NCBI GenBank assembly: GCA_016869675.1
Contig: VGDP01000008.1
Span: 5,147-69,146, forward strand
Origin: Alphaproteobacteria bacterium
Lineage (GTDB): Bacteria > Pseudomonadota > Alphaproteobacteria > SP197
Length of the DNA stretch: 64,000 nt
Reading direction: 5' to 3'
Positions 9,813 through 20,463 of this stretch are shown here, in pieces (position 1 is the stretch's first letter; each line of letters begins with the position of its first letter). Made by a program: the position numbers and the translations under genes. The notes under the pieces were generated by a model, which was not told the origin of the DNA, did no database searches, and saw nothing but the letters and a program-made list of their open reading frames with translations.

Positions 9813-10694
9813 TCAGGCTTGGCCGGCGTCGATGATGCCGCGGCGCACCGCGCGCGTGCGCATGAACCAGCGCTCCAGCGTCTCGCCATCGCCCCAGCGG
9901 ATGGCGCGCTGAAGCTGCGTCAGGTCCTCGGTGAAGCGCTGCAGCATGGCCAGCACCGCTTCGCGGTTGTTCAGGAACACATCGCGCCACATCACCGGGT
10001 CCGACGCCGCGATGCGCGTGAAGTCGCGGAAACCGGACGCGGCGAACTTGATGACCTCGCGCTGGGTCGCCTGCTCCAGGTCGGTGACCGTGCCGACGAT
10101 GGTGTAGGCGATCACATGGGGGAGGTGCGAGGTGATCGCCAGGATCTGATCGTGATGCCGGGCGTCCATGATCTCGATGGTCGAGCCGGCGGCGCGCCAG
10201 AGCGCCGCCACGCGCTCGACCGCCGCTGGGTCGGTGCCGGGCTCGGGCGTCAGGATGCACCAGCGGTTGCGGAACAGCGTGTCGAACCCGGCCTCGGGCC
10301 CGGAATGCTCGGTCCCCGCGACCGGGTGGCCGGGCACGAAGTGCACGCCCGCCGGCAGGTGGGGCGCCACGTCCGCGATGGCGCACGCCTTCACCGACCC
10401 AACGTCGGTGACGATGGTCCCGGGCGCGAGCGCGGGCGCGAGCGCCTGGACGACGGCGCGGTAAGCGCCGAGCGGCGTCGCGATCACCACCAGGTCGGCG
10501 CCGCGCACGGCCTCAGCCAAGTCGTCGGTCACCGTGTCCGCCAAGCCGAGCTCGACAACCTTGTCGAGCGTCGCGCGCGACCGGGCGGCCGCGACGATCG
10601 AGCGCGCGAGGCCGTCGCGGCGCACGACGCGGGCGAGCGACGAGCCGATCAGGCCGATGCCGATCAGGGCGATCCGTTCGAACGGCGTGGTCAT
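9813..10694 (-). CDS. tyrC: Prephenate/arogenate (cyclohexadienyl) dehydrogenase
   Basis: RIALIGIGLIGSSLA Rossmann motif and TyrA-family catalytic region (HPVAGTE). ATGA overlap with hisC upstream. Conserved hisC-tyrC pair. Confidence 0.8.
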   Translation of the reverse strand: MTTPFERIALIGIGLIGSSLARVVRRDGLARSIVAAARSRATLDKVVELGLADTVTDDLAEAVRGADLVVIATPLGAYRAVVQALAPALAPGTIVTDVGSVKACAIADVAPHLPAGVHFVPGHPVAGTEHSGPEAGFDTLFRNRWCILTPEPGTDPAAVERVAALWRAAGSTIEIMDARHHDQILAITSHLPHVIAYTIVGTVTDLEQATQREVIKFAASGFRDFTRIAASDPVMWRDVFLNNREAVLAMLQRFTEDLTQLQRAIRWGDGETLERWFMRTRAVRRGIIDAGQA

Positions 10695-11785
10695 GGCGCC
10701 CTCATGAAGTCGGTCAGGGCCGCGACGAAGGCCTTGATCTCGGCCGGCTTGCCCACGGTCACGCGCAGGCAATCGGGCAGGCCGTAGCTGCCCAACGGCC
10801 GGACCAACACCTTGCGCGCCGCGAGGAAGCGGTGCGCCGAGCCCGCGTCCTTCGGCGCGGCGCCGAAGCGGATCAACACGAAATTGCCGATCGACGGCAG
10901 CAGCTCGAGCCCGAGCGCCGCGATCGCGCGCGAAAGGCGCGGCAGCCAGCGGCTGTTGTGTTCACGCGCGCGCGTCTCGTGCGCCGTATCGGCCAGCGCC
11001 GCGAGCGCCGCGGCGATGCCGACGTTGGAGACGTTGAACGGCCCGCGCACGCGATTCAGCACGTCGACCAGTGCCGGTGCGCCGTACGCCCAACCCACGC
11101 GCAGGCCGGCCAGGGCGTAGATCTTCGAGAACGTGCGGGTCATCACCACGTTCTCGTGACGCGTGACGAGCTCCAACCCGCTCTCGTACATCGGATCGGT
11201 GGCGTACTCCGCGTACGCCGCGTCGATGACCAGAAGCACCGAGGGCGGCAGGGCCCGGTGCAACCGGGCGATCGCGTCCTTGGTCAGCCAGCTTCCGGTC
11301 GGGTTGTTCGGGTTGGCGATGAACACGATGCGCGTGCGCGGCGTGAGCGCCGCCAGCATGGCATTCGGGTCCGTACACAGGCTCTTCTCGGGCACGCTGA
11401 TGGGGGTCGACCCGGCGCTGCGCGCCGCGATCGGGTACATGACGAAGCCGTGCCGGCTGTAGATCACCTCGTCGCCGGGCCCGGCGTAGGCGCGCGCGAG
11501 GTAGCCGAGCAGCTCGTCCGAGCCGGCGCCGCACACGATACGGTCGGCCGCGATGCCGTGACGTGCCGCCAGCGCCTCGCGCAAGCCCGACGCGCTCGGA
11601 TCGGGGTAGCGGTTGATCGTCGCCGCCGCCTTGCGCGCCGCGGCCACTGCCGCCCGGCTCGGGCCGAAGGGCGACTCGTTGGATGACAGCAGGACCGTGC
11701 CGGGAGCGTCCTCCAAGCCAACGGCCCGACCCGGGACGTAGGGCGCGATGTCCAGGACACCGACGCGCGGAACCAGGGCGCCCAT
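10691..11785 (-). CDS. hisC: Histidinol-phosphate aminotransferase
   Basis: Class-II aminotransferase; PLP-lysine context TRTFSKIYALAGLRVGWAYG; NPNNPTG motif. Confidence 0.85.
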   Translation of the reverse strand: MGALVPRVGVLDIAPYVPGRAVGLEDAPGTVLLSSNESPFGPSRAAVAAARKAAATINRYPDPSASGLREALAARHGIAADRIVCGAGSDELLGYLARAYAGPGDEVIYSRHGFVMYPIAARSAGSTPISVPEKSLCTDPNAMLAALTPRTRIVFIANPNNPTGSWLTKDAIARLHRALPPSVLLVIDAAYAEYATDPMYESGLELVTRHENVVMTRTFSKIYALAGLRVGWAYGAPALVDVLNRVRGPFNVSNVGIAAALAALADTAHETRAREHNSRWLPRLSRAIAALGLELLPSIGNFVLIRFGAAPKDAGSAHRFLAARKVLVRPLGSYGLPDCLRVTVGKPAEIKAFVAALTDFMRAP

Positions 11786-11786
11786 G

Positions 11787-12659
11787 TCAGCGGTCCTGCG
11801 CCTCGATCATTCTGATCGGGATGGCGAAGGAGCCCAGTCGCACGACGCGCGGCAGCGCCTTGCCGATCACGGCCTCCAATTCGGCGAACCGGCGGTCGTC
11901 CGTGCCCACGTGGCCGCTGACTTCGATCAGCGCCAGTCGCGCGCTCTCGTCCTTGGGAGCCGACCAGGCGGCCAAGTCCTTCGCCTCGAAACCCGCCTTG
12001 GCCAGGGATTCACGAAGCCTCGTCCGGCTCAGGTCCTGGTCGAGCTCGAGCGCGAACAGCGTGGCGTCCTCGCCGGTCGGCTCGTAGGCGACACGGGCGA
12101 TGGCCAGCGCGCCCAGGTCCTCGAACCGCCCGGCCGCGTTGTCGACAAAGGGCAGACGCGCCACCACGCGCGGGGTTTCGGCCTCGGCGCCCATCAGCAG
12201 CGGCCACCACGGCTCGGGCTCGCCGTCCGAGGGCAGCGCCAGCACGCCGATCGCCGCGCGCCGCTCGGCCACCTCGCGCACCACGCGGCGGGCCGAACGG
12301 TTCAGGGTCATGTGAGTCGCGCTGCCGAAGTGATCGCGCGCCACGTCCCAGTAGCCGACCGACTTCTCGGGCGCGTGGACGGCCACCGAGAACGACTGGC
12401 CCGAGCGCGCCGCGCCGCTGATCAATTCGCACCAGATGCGCACCAGAGCGTGACCGGGGAAGGGTCCACGGTGCCGGTGCAGCAGGCGGCGCAGGACGGA
12501 GGCCTCGCACGCCGGATGGATCGCCGACGCACCGTCGGCCGAACGCGCGCGGATGCTGGCCGCCAGGTCGGCGCGGCGCATGACCAGGTCGTGCATCGCG
12601 TCGTCGATGGCGTCGATCTCGCGGCGCAGATCGTCGATGGGTGGCTCGGGCGAGGCCAT
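11787..12659 (-). CDS. Chorismate mutase family protein (AroQ-type N-terminal domain plus C-terminal extension), 290 aa
   Basis: The ORF-track 723-aa ORF is an artefact. The real gene starts at MASPEPPIDDLRREIDAIDDAMHDLVMRRADLAASIR, which is AroQ helix-1-like. Its upper part is antisense to metX. Gene order chorismate mutase - hisC - tyrC. Confidence 0.7.
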   Translation of the reverse strand: MASPEPPIDDLRREIDAIDDAMHDLVMRRADLAASIRARSADGASAIHPACEASVLRRLLHRHRGPFPGHALVRIWCELISGAARSGQSFSVAVHAPEKSVGYWDVARDHFGSATHMTLNRSARRVVREVAERRAAIGVLALPSDGEPEPWWPLLMGAEAETPRVVARLPFVDNAAGRFEDLGALAIARVAYEPTGEDATLFALELDQDLSRTRLRESLAKAGFEAKDLAAWSAPKDESARLALIEVSGHVGTDDRRFAELEAVIGKALPRVVRLGSFAIPIRMIEAQDR

Positions 12660-12791
12660 GGTCCGGTGCGGGTTGGCTGAGCGCGTAGTGGTAGCGGACG
12701 CATCCGACAAAATCAAAGAATACATTGACATGGGCAGAGGGCGGGACCTAGTCATGCCGCGATCCGGAAACCCTGGCGAACCATCGCTTCG

Positions 12792-13979
12792 ATGATCGAC
12801 GCCGCGCCCCGACCCGCCGCCTCCGGCGCGACCACGCTCGACAGCCATGCGCTGCCGGGGCCGCGCGTCGTGCTGGGCGTGGACGCGCCGCTCCGGCTCG
12901 ACGGCGGGGCCGAGCTCGGGCCGTTCACGGTGGCCTATCAATCCTACGGCCGCCTGAACGCGGAACGGTCGAACGCGATCCTGGTGTGCCACGCTCTGAC
13001 CGGCGACCAGTACGTGGTCGGGCCGCACCCGGTCACCAGCAAGCCTGGCTGGTGGGAGGCCGTGGTCGGCCCCGGCAAGGTGCTCGACACCCGGCGCTAC
13101 TTCGTGCTGTGCGCCAACGTGCTGGGCGGCTGCATGGGGACCACGGGTCCGCGTGAGATCGACCCGCGCACGGGCCGGCGCTTCGACCTCGGCTTTCCGG
13201 TGATCACGGTCCGCGACATGGTGCGAGCCCAGGCCATGCTGCTCGATCACCTGGGCATCGACAGCCTGTTCTGCGTCATCGGCGGGTCCATGGGCGCCAT
13301 GCAGGTGCTCGAATGGGCGGCCAGCTTCCCGGATCTGGTGTTCAGCGCCGTGCCGATCGCCGGCTCGGCGCGCCATTCGGCTCAGAACATCGCGTTCCAC
13401 GAGGTCGGGCGCCAGGCGATCATCGCCGACCCGGACTGGTGCGGAGGATCCTACGCCGACCAGGGCCGGCGCCCCGAACGCGGCCTGGCCGTGGCGCGCA
13501 TGGCGGCCCACATCACGTATCTGTCCGAGATCGCGCTGCACCGCAAGTTCGGTCGGCAGCTGCAGGATCGCGAGCGGCTGAGCTACGGCTTCGAGGCCGA
13601 TTTCCAGGTCGAGAGCTACCTGCGCTTTCAGGGAGCGAGCTTCGTCGAACGCTTCGACGCCAACTCGTACCTCTACATCACGCGCGCCATGGACTATTTC
13701 GACCTGGCGCGCGACGTGGGCGGCCCGTTGGCCTTGGCCTTCCAGGGCACCAAGACGCGCTTCTGCGTCATCTCGTTCTCCAGCGACTGGCTGTTCCCCA
13801 CCGCCGAGAGCCGCGACGTGGTGCGCGCCCTGAACGCCGCCGCCGCCAACGTCTCCTTCGTCGAGGTGCAGTCGGACAAGGGCCACGACGCGTTCCTGCT
13901 CGAGGAACCGGAGTTCCACGCGACGCTCGCTGGATTCTTGGCCGGCGCGGCCGAGCATCGCGGGCTCGCGCGCGCGTGA
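12792..13979 (+). CDS. metX: Homoserine O-acetyltransferase
   Basis: Alpha/beta hydrolase with MetX signature ([13 protein letters not shown] nucleophile elbow, AYQSYGRLN). 395 aa. Confidence 0.9.
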   Translation: MIDAAPRPAASGATTLDSHALPGPRVVLGVDAPLRLDGGAELGPFTVAYQSYGRLNAERSNAILVCHALTGDQYVVGPHPVTSKPGWWEAVVGPGKVLDTRRYFVLCANVLGGCMGTTGPREIDPRTGRRFDLGFPVITVRDMVRAQAMLLDHLGIDSLFCVIGGSMGAMQVLEWAASFPDLVFSAVPIAGSARHSAQNIAFHEVGRQAIIADPDWCGGSYADQGRRPERGLAVARMAAHITYLSEIALHRKFGRQLQDRERLSYGFEADFQVESYLRFQGASFVERFDANSYLYITRAMDYFDLARDVGGPLALAFQGTKTRFCVISFSSDWLFPTAESRDVVRALNAAAANVSFVEVQSDKGHDAFLLEEPEFHATLAGFLAGAAEHRGLARA

Positions 13980-14578
13980 CGGCCGAATTGCGCCGCGACC
14001 TGCGTCTGGTCGCGGATCTGGTGCCGGCGGGTGCCCGTGTCCTCGACATCGGCTGCGGCGACGGGATGCTGCTCGAGACGCTGTGGCGCGAGAAGGGCTG
14101 CGATGGCCGTGGCATCGAGCTCAGCATGGCCGGTGTGAACGCCTGTGTGACGCGCGGCCTGGCGGTGATCCAGGGCAACGCCGACACCGACCTGGCGGAC
14201 TATCCCGACACGTCCTTCGACATGGTGGTGCTCAGCCAGACGCTGCAGGCGGTGCGCCGGCCGCGTCGCGTGTTGGAACAGATGCTGCGCATCGGCAGCC
14301 GGGCGATCGTATCATTCCCCAACTTCGGGCACTGGAGCGCGCGCTGGCAGCTTGCCTGGCGCGGCCACGTGTCCGGTGGCGGCCTGGTCGACGAACCATG
14401 GTACCGCACGGCCAACATCCACCCATGCTCGATCGCCGACTTCGTCGATCTCTGCGTGCGCGCCGAGATCGCCATCGAACGCGGCTGGACCATGGGCCGC
14501 GATGGCCCGCCGCGGCCGATCCGCGCCGGCGCGAACCTGTTCGCGCGCGAGGCCGTGTTCCTGTTGGCCCAGGCCTAG
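13976..14578 (+). CDS. metW: Methionine biosynthesis protein MetW
   Basis: GTG start overlapping the metX stop (GTGA). SAM-MTase-like [14 protein letters not shown] motif. Conserved metXW pair. Confidence 0.75.
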   Translation: MTAELRRDLRLVADLVPAGARVLDIGCGDGMLLETLWREKGCDGRGIELSMAGVNACVTRGLAVIQGNADTDLADYPDTSFDMVVLSQTLQAVRRPRRVLEQMLRIGSRAIVSFPNFGHWSARWQLAWRGHVSGGGLVDEPWYRTANIHPCSIADFVDLCVRAEIAIERGWTMGRDGPPRPIRAGANLFAREAVFLLAQA

Positions 14579-14615
14579 GGCGGTTTCCGTCTTTTTGTAG
14601 GCACGAACTGTCACT

Positions 14616-14646
14616 CCCGGGCGCCGCGGACGCGGCGAACCGGGGG
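14616..14646. terminator. Strong imperfect hairpin (cccgggcgccgcg-gac-cgcggcgaaccgggg), first of three consecutive GC hairpins (14616-14710) in the convergent metW / methyltransferase intergenic region
   Basis: Inverted repeats seen directly. Likely bidirectional terminator or REP-like structures. Confidence 0.35.
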
Positions 14647-14748
14647 TCCAGGGCCATTGTTGAGGCGAGCGCCCCTGGATCCCCGGTTCCGCTCTTCGGT
14701 CGGCCCGGGGATGACACATGGAATGGCTCTGGGATTCCTGAAGCCGGT

Positions 14749-15495
14749 CTAGGACAACGTCCGGTCGGCGCGATGCGCGCCCGGCAGCGCCAGGGCGGCG
14801 CGCAGACGGGCGCGCCGCGCCCGCTTCACCGCGGGCGTCGCCAGGTAGATCTGCTTGGTCGCCTCGACCAGGATCACGCCGGCGAAGGGCAGGCCCCAGC
14901 GATGGCCGATCTTCTCCCACGCGCCGGCGGCGCGCAGCGTGAGCCGCAGGTTGCTGGGCGGCACGTAGAGCGCCGCCGACGCGGAGACGGGCGAGAACAG
15001 GCTGTCGCGCAGAAGCCGCGTGAGTTGGCCCTCGCTGTAGGTGTGGCCGTGGGCGAAGGGGTTGTTCTCCACCCGCGCCCACAGGCCGCGGCGGTTCGGC
15101 ACCACCACCAGAAGCCGGCCGTTGCCGGCCATGACGCGCCACACTTCGCGCAGCATGGCGCGCAGGCTCTCGGTCGCCTCGACCGCGTGCACCAGCAGCA
15201 CACGGTCGAACGTCTCATCGGGAAAGGGCAGCTCGATCTCGTCGGCCAGGCATACCCGCGCGGGGCCATCGTCCGGCCAGCGCACCACGCCCTGGGGCGC
15301 CGGCATGGCCGCGACCGTGCGCGCCGCCTCGTCGCGCAGGCCGCGCATGTAGGGCGTGGCGTAGCCGAGACCCAGCACGCTGAGCCCGGCCACCGATGGC
15401 CAATGCTCGCGTATGCGGTTGCGCACCTGGCGCCGCGCCACTTGGCCGAGAAAGCCGTTGTAGAAGACGTTGAGATCGACGACGTCTTGGTACAT
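14749..15495 (-). CDS. Class I SAM-dependent methyltransferase
   Basis: Methyltransf_11-like. Conserved divergent neighbour of gloB in alphaproteobacteria. Confidence 0.75.
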   Translation of the reverse strand: MYQDVVDLNVFYNGFLGQVARRQVRNRIREHWPSVAGLSVLGLGYATPYMRGLRDEAARTVAAMPAPQGVVRWPDDGPARVCLADEIELPFPDETFDRVLLVHAVEATESLRAMLREVWRVMAGNGRLLVVVPNRRGLWARVENNPFAHGHTYSEGQLTRLLRDSLFSPVSASAALYVPPSNLRLTLRAAGAWEKIGHRWGLPFAGVILVEATKQIYLATPAVKRARRARLRAALALPGAHRADRTLS

Positions 15496-15540
15496 CGTCG
15501 CGCGAGATTAGCACAGCTCGCACGGGGCGCCGCGCCGATC

Positions 15541-16311
15541 ATGGGATCGCTCGAGATCGTCCAGATTCCCGTCCTGACGGACAACTATGTCTATCTGGTG
15601 CACGAGCCCTCGACCGGCGCGACCGGCGTGGTCGACCCCGCCGTGGCCGAACCGGTGCTGGCGGCGCTGGGCACGCGCAGCTGGCGCCTCGGCCACATCC
15701 TCAACACCCACCATCACGGCGATCACGTGGGCGGCAACCTGGCGCTCAAGCAAGCGACTGGCGCCACCGTGGTCGGCCCGCGCGCGGATGCCGCACGCAT
15801 CCCCGGCCTCGACGTCGCGGTCGGCGACGGCGAGACCGTGCGGCTGGGCGCCGCCGAGGCGACCGTGTTCGACGTGCCCGGCCACACGCGCGGCCACATC
15901 GCCTACTGGTTCCGCGCGGCCGATGCCCTCTTCTGCGGCGACACGCTGTTCGCGCTGGGTTGCGGCCGCCTGTTCGAAGGCACGCCGGTTCAGATGTGGG
16001 CCAGCCTGACCAAGCTGCGCGGTCTGCCCGACGCGACGCGCGTTTACTGCGCGCACGAGTACACCCAGTCCAACGCCCGCTTCGCCCTGACCGTGGAGCC
16101 CGACAACGCCGCGCTGGTCGCCCGTGCCAGTGCCGTCGATGCCGCGCGCGCCCGGGGTCGGCCCACGGTGCCCTCGACGCTCGTCGAAGAACGTGCGACC
16201 AACCCTTTCCTCAGGCCCGACAGCGCCGCGATCCGCCGCCGTCTTGGCCTGGCCGCCGCCGAGGACGCGGCGGTGTTCGCCGAAGTCCGCCGCCGCAAGG
16301 ATCAGTTCTAG
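15541..16311 (+). CDS. gloB: Hydroxyacylglutathione hydrolase (glyoxalase II)
   Basis: Metallo-beta-lactamase motif NTHHHGDHVGGN, typical 256-aa length. The track's 742-aa ORF is an artefactual upstream extension. Confidence 0.9.
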   Translation: MGSLEIVQIPVLTDNYVYLVHEPSTGATGVVDPAVAEPVLAALGTRSWRLGHILNTHHHGDHVGGNLALKQATGATVVGPRADAARIPGLDVAVGDGETVRLGAAEATVFDVPGHTRGHIAYWFRAADALFCGDTLFALGCGRLFEGTPVQMWASLTKLRGLPDATRVYCAHEYTQSNARFALTVEPDNAALVARASAVDAARARGRPTVPSTLVEERATNPFLRPDSAAIRRRLGLAAAEDAAVFAEVRRRKDQF

Positions 16312-16321
16312 GGAGACTGTC

Positions 16322-16945
16322 ATGCCGATGAAACTGCGCTTTTCGCCAACCTCGCCCTACGTCCGCAAGGTCGTCGTCACCGCCGCCGAAAAGGGGCTCG
16401 CCGACCAGCTCACCCTGGTCAAGACCAACGCCGCCGATCCCGCCTCGGGGCTCGAGCGCGACAACCCGCTCGGCAAGGTGCCGGCGCTCGTGCTGGAGGA
16501 CGGCTCGTCGCTTTTCGACAGCCCGGTCATCTGTGAGTACCTCGACGGCCAGGCCAAGGGTCGCAAGCTGATCCCCGCGCGCGGGCCCAAGCGGTTTGCG
16601 ACGCTCAAGCTGCAGGCGACCGCCGACGGCGTGCTCGACGCCGCCATCCTGGTCATGGGCGAACGGCGTCAGCGCCCCGAGGACAAGCAGCACCAGCCGT
16701 TCATCGAGAAGCAGATGAAAAAAGTCGGCAACGCGCTCGATTCCTTCGAGCGTCTGCTCGAAGCCAAACAGATCGGCCGCGCGCCCACCATCGGCACGAT
16801 CAGCATGGGCTGCGCGCTCGGCTATCTCGACTTCCGCTTCCCCGACTACAAGTGGCGCAAGGGTCGGCCGAAGCTGGCGCGCTGGTACAAGTCCTTCGCC
16901 AAGCGCCCGTCGATGGCCGGCTCGGTGCCCAAGGACGCGGCCTAG
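16322..16945 (+). CDS. Glutathione S-transferase
   Basis: 207 aa; N-terminal thioredoxin-like GST fold (KLRFSPTSPYVRKVVV...VPALVLEDG..LFDSPVICEYL). 10 nt downstream of gloB. Confidence 0.8.
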   Translation: MPMKLRFSPTSPYVRKVVVTAAEKGLADQLTLVKTNAADPASGLERDNPLGKVPALVLEDGSSLFDSPVICEYLDGQAKGRKLIPARGPKRFATLKLQATADGVLDAAILVMGERRQRPEDKQHQPFIEKQMKKVGNALDSFERLLEAKQIGRAPTIGTISMGCALGYLDFRFPDYKWRKGRPKLARWYKSFAKRPSMAGSVPKDAA

Positions 16946-16978
16946 GTTTTCCGGTCACAGGACCGTCGCAAGCAACTT

Positions 16979-17005
16979 GCCCGATCGGACCCGTTCAGAT
17001 CGGGC
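16979..17005. terminator. Bidirectional terminator-like hairpin between convergent GST and phaB (gcccgatc-N11-gatcgggc)
   Basis: 8-bp perfect inverted repeat seen in sequence. Confidence 0.45.
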
Positions 17006-17020
17006 GGGCCGAGCGTAACG

Positions 17021-17743
17021 CTAGGTCAGGTACTGGCCGCCGTTCACCGTCAGCGTCGAGCCGGTGACGAACCCGGCGTCGTCGGCGACCAGGAACAGCA
17101 CGGCGCGCGCGATCTCCTCGGCCTTGCCGAGCCGGCCCACGGGGATCTTGGCGACGATCGCCTTCAGCACGTCCGGCGGCACGGCCTGCACCATCTCGGT
17201 GTCGATGTAGCCCGGGCAGATGGTGTTGACGGTGATCCCCTTGCGTGCACCCTCCAGCGCCAGCGCCTTGGAGAAGCCGATAATGCCGGCCTTGGCGGCG
17301 GAGTAGTTGGCCTGGCCGAACTGGCCGGCCTGGCCGTTGATCGACGAGATGTTGACGATGCGGCCAAAGCTGCGCTCGCGCATGCCGTCGATCACGGCAC
17401 GGCACGTGTTGAAGCAGCTCGACAGGTCGACGCGCACGACCTCGGACCATTGTTCATCGGTCATCTTGTGCAGCGGCACATCGCGCGTGATGCCGGCGTT
17501 GTTGACCAGCACGTCGACGGGGCCTAGATCCGCCGTCACCTTGCCGACGCCGGCCTGGGTCGCGGCGAAGTCGCCGACATCCCAGCCGTAGCTCGGGATA
17601 CCGGTCGTGGCCGTGAATGCGTCGGCCTTCACCTTTTTGCTGCCGTAGTTGGCGGCGACCCGATAGCCGGCGTCCTTGAGCGCGCCACTGATCGCCGCGC
17701 CGATGCCACGCGTCCCACCCGTGACCAGGGCAACCCGAGCCAT
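17021..17743 (-). CDS. phaB: Acetoacetyl-CoA reductase (SDR)
   Basis: ALVTGGTRGIGAAI NADP motif. Very high similarity to PhbB. Downstream of phaA. Confidence 0.9.
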   Translation of the reverse strand: MARVALVTGGTRGIGAAISGALKDAGYRVAANYGSKKVKADAFTATTGIPSYGWDVGDFAATQAGVGKVTADLGPVDVLVNNAGITRDVPLHKMTDEQWSEVVRVDLSSCFNTCRAVIDGMRERSFGRIVNISSINGQAGQFGQANYSAAKAGIIGFSKALALEGARKGITVNTICPGYIDTEMVQAVPPDVLKAIVAKIPVGRLGKAEEIARAVLFLVADDAGFVTGSTLTVNGGQYLT

Positions 17744-17758
17744 CCTTGCCGCCCCCGC

Positions 17759-18946
<1,188 letters not shown>

Positions 18947-18987
18947 TCACGGGTGGCCGAGGACGGATCGCCGACCACCTTTTACCA

Positions 18988-20226
18988 TCACGATGAGGTT
19001 TGCAACCGCACCAGCCAGTCGCCCAACGGGCGCCACAGCGTCACCTCGGCGTTGCGTCCGGCCACCATGCCGACGTGCCCGGCGGCGGGGCGCAGCACGT
19101 CGGGGCCAGGCAGGGCGGCGACCAGCGCCTCGGCCGAGGCAGGCGGCACGATGCGGTCGCGCGCCGGCACCACCACCAGCGTGCGCCCGGTCCACGCGGC
19201 GGGCTCGACCGGCGCGCCGGCGATGCGCCAGGTCCCGCGCACCGGTTCGTTGTCGCCGTACCAGCCGGCCAGGCATTCCTCGGCCACGGGGCCGGCCAGG
19301 GGCACGCCGTCGTTGAGCCAGTCCTCGAGCGCCACGAACACGGCGGTCTCGGGGGCCTCGGGGTCGAGCCGGGCGAAGGCACGCATCTTGCCCGGTACCT
19401 GCAACGGGTCGCTGCCCGCCAGCAGGGTCTGGATCATGTCCACCGGCAGCACATCCAGCGCGCGCAGCGCCGCGCGCGCGCCCGGCAGGGCGAACAGGCG
19501 GGCGAAGGCCGGGGCTTCCTGGTGGAAATCCCACGGTGTCGCCAGCAGGGCGAGGCCCGCGACGTCGCCCGCCCGGCGTAGCGCCAGCGCCAACGCCAGC
19601 AGGCCACCCATGCAGTAGCCGACCACGATTGGCCGTCGGCCCGTGGCGGCCAGCACGGCGTCCAGCGTGCCTTCCAGGCGTCCCGCTACGTAATCCGTCA
19701 GGGTGAAGCGGCGCTCGACCTCGCCGGGCGCGTCCCAATCCACCAGGAACGGGCGCAAGCCGCGCCGCGCCAGGGCGCGCAGCAGGCTGCGCCCCGGCGC
19801 CAAGTCCAGGATGTAGGCGCGGTTGATCAGCGACGGCACGACCAGGATCGGCGCACCGCCGCGCGGCCGGTAGTCCAGGAGCCGCGTGGTGCCGGCGCGC
19901 CAGGCTTCACGCACGCGCGCCGCGCGCCGCGCGTAACCGTGACGGTGATAGGACCCGACGCCGTCCACCAGCTCGCGCAGGCGCCGTTCCGCCTCGGTGG
20001 CGACGGCGTGGGAGAGAGCTTCAGGATCGGCGCGCGCGAGGTCCCGGGCGAGCGCCGCGCCGGCGTCGGCCAGGCTTGGCGTCCAGGGCAGCGAGCCGCT
20101 CCTCGCAAAGGGCAAGGCGGCCAGCGAGCTCGTCGAGACGAGCCACGACGTCGCCAGGTGCAGCGGCAGGGGCCGCGGCCCGCGCCGTGCCGTTGGCGCC
20201 ACCGTCATGGTCGCCGACCGCGCCAT
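18988..20226 (-). CDS. Class III/IV PhaC-like PHA synthase-type alpha/beta hydrolase (start uncertain)
   Basis: Block-by-block similarity to the Allochromatium class III PhaC core: LINRAYILDL (vs LVNRPYMTDI), VDWDAP, TLTDYV, lipase box VVGYCMGG with Cys nucleophile, ATPWDF. It lies between phaR and phaAB. It carries a roughly 60-aa N-terminal extension relative to class III PhaC. Confidence 0.55.
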   Translation of the reverse strand: MARSATMTVAPTARRGPRPLPLHLATSWLVSTSSLAALPFARSGSLPWTPSLADAGAALARDLARADPEALSHAVATEAERRLRELVDGVGSYHRHGYARRAARVREAWRAGTTRLLDYRPRGGAPILVVPSLINRAYILDLAPGRSLLRALARRGLRPFLVDWDAPGEVERRFTLTDYVAGRLEGTLDAVLAATGRRPIVVGYCMGGLLALALALRRAGDVAGLALLATPWDFHQEAPAFARLFALPGARAALRALDVLPVDMIQTLLAGSDPLQVPGKMRAFARLDPEAPETAVFVALEDWLNDGVPLAGPVAEECLAGWYGDNEPVRGTWRIAGAPVEPAAWTGRTLVVVPARDRIVPPASAEALVAALPGPDVLRPAAGHVGMVAGRNAEVTLWRPLGDWLVRLQTSS

Positions 20227-20463
20227 GCGCGGCGGCGAACGGCGCCATGAAGCGCAGCGCCAAGTCGACCAGCGTCGGGTCGGACGCCATGGCCGCCACC
20301 TGCTGCTGCCACAGGTCGAGGAAGCGCCGCGCCAGCTCGGTCGTGTCGTCGGACCCGGTCATGAGCCGAGTATAACCGGTTCGCCCCACTGCGCGCGCGA
20401 AGGCCATCACCCGCGGGGGTCCCACCATGTATGATGGTCGGGCGAAACGAGGGAGGCGCTGAC

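Noticed and set aside
12660-12791. SAM-II riboswitch upstream of metX
   Set aside because: Expected from taxonomy, but I could not find the conserved SAM-II sequence or pseudoknot elements by eye. Left as an Rfam check rather than a call.
11787-13958. 723-aa minus-strand ORF
   Set aside because: Only the last 290 aa, the chorismate mutase family protein from MASPEPP at 12659, look real. The upstream 430 aa are antisense to metX and have no protein-like features.
14083-16311. 742-aa plus-strand ORF
   Set aside because: An artefactual upstream extension. Only 15541-16311 (gloB, starting MGSLEIVQIP) is a gene, and the extension runs antisense through the methyltransferase gene. The same applies to 21158-22888, 45679-48279, 48764-51040, 50994-52265, 52997-53995, 53671-54495, 54599-56257 and 57002-58963, whose real starts are internal.
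20227-20463. 237-bp phaR / PhaC-like divergent region as a possible phasin (phaP) or small-gene location
   Set aside because: Too short for a phasin and no convincing ORF. Treated as a promoter/operator region; PhaR sites cannot be defined by eye.
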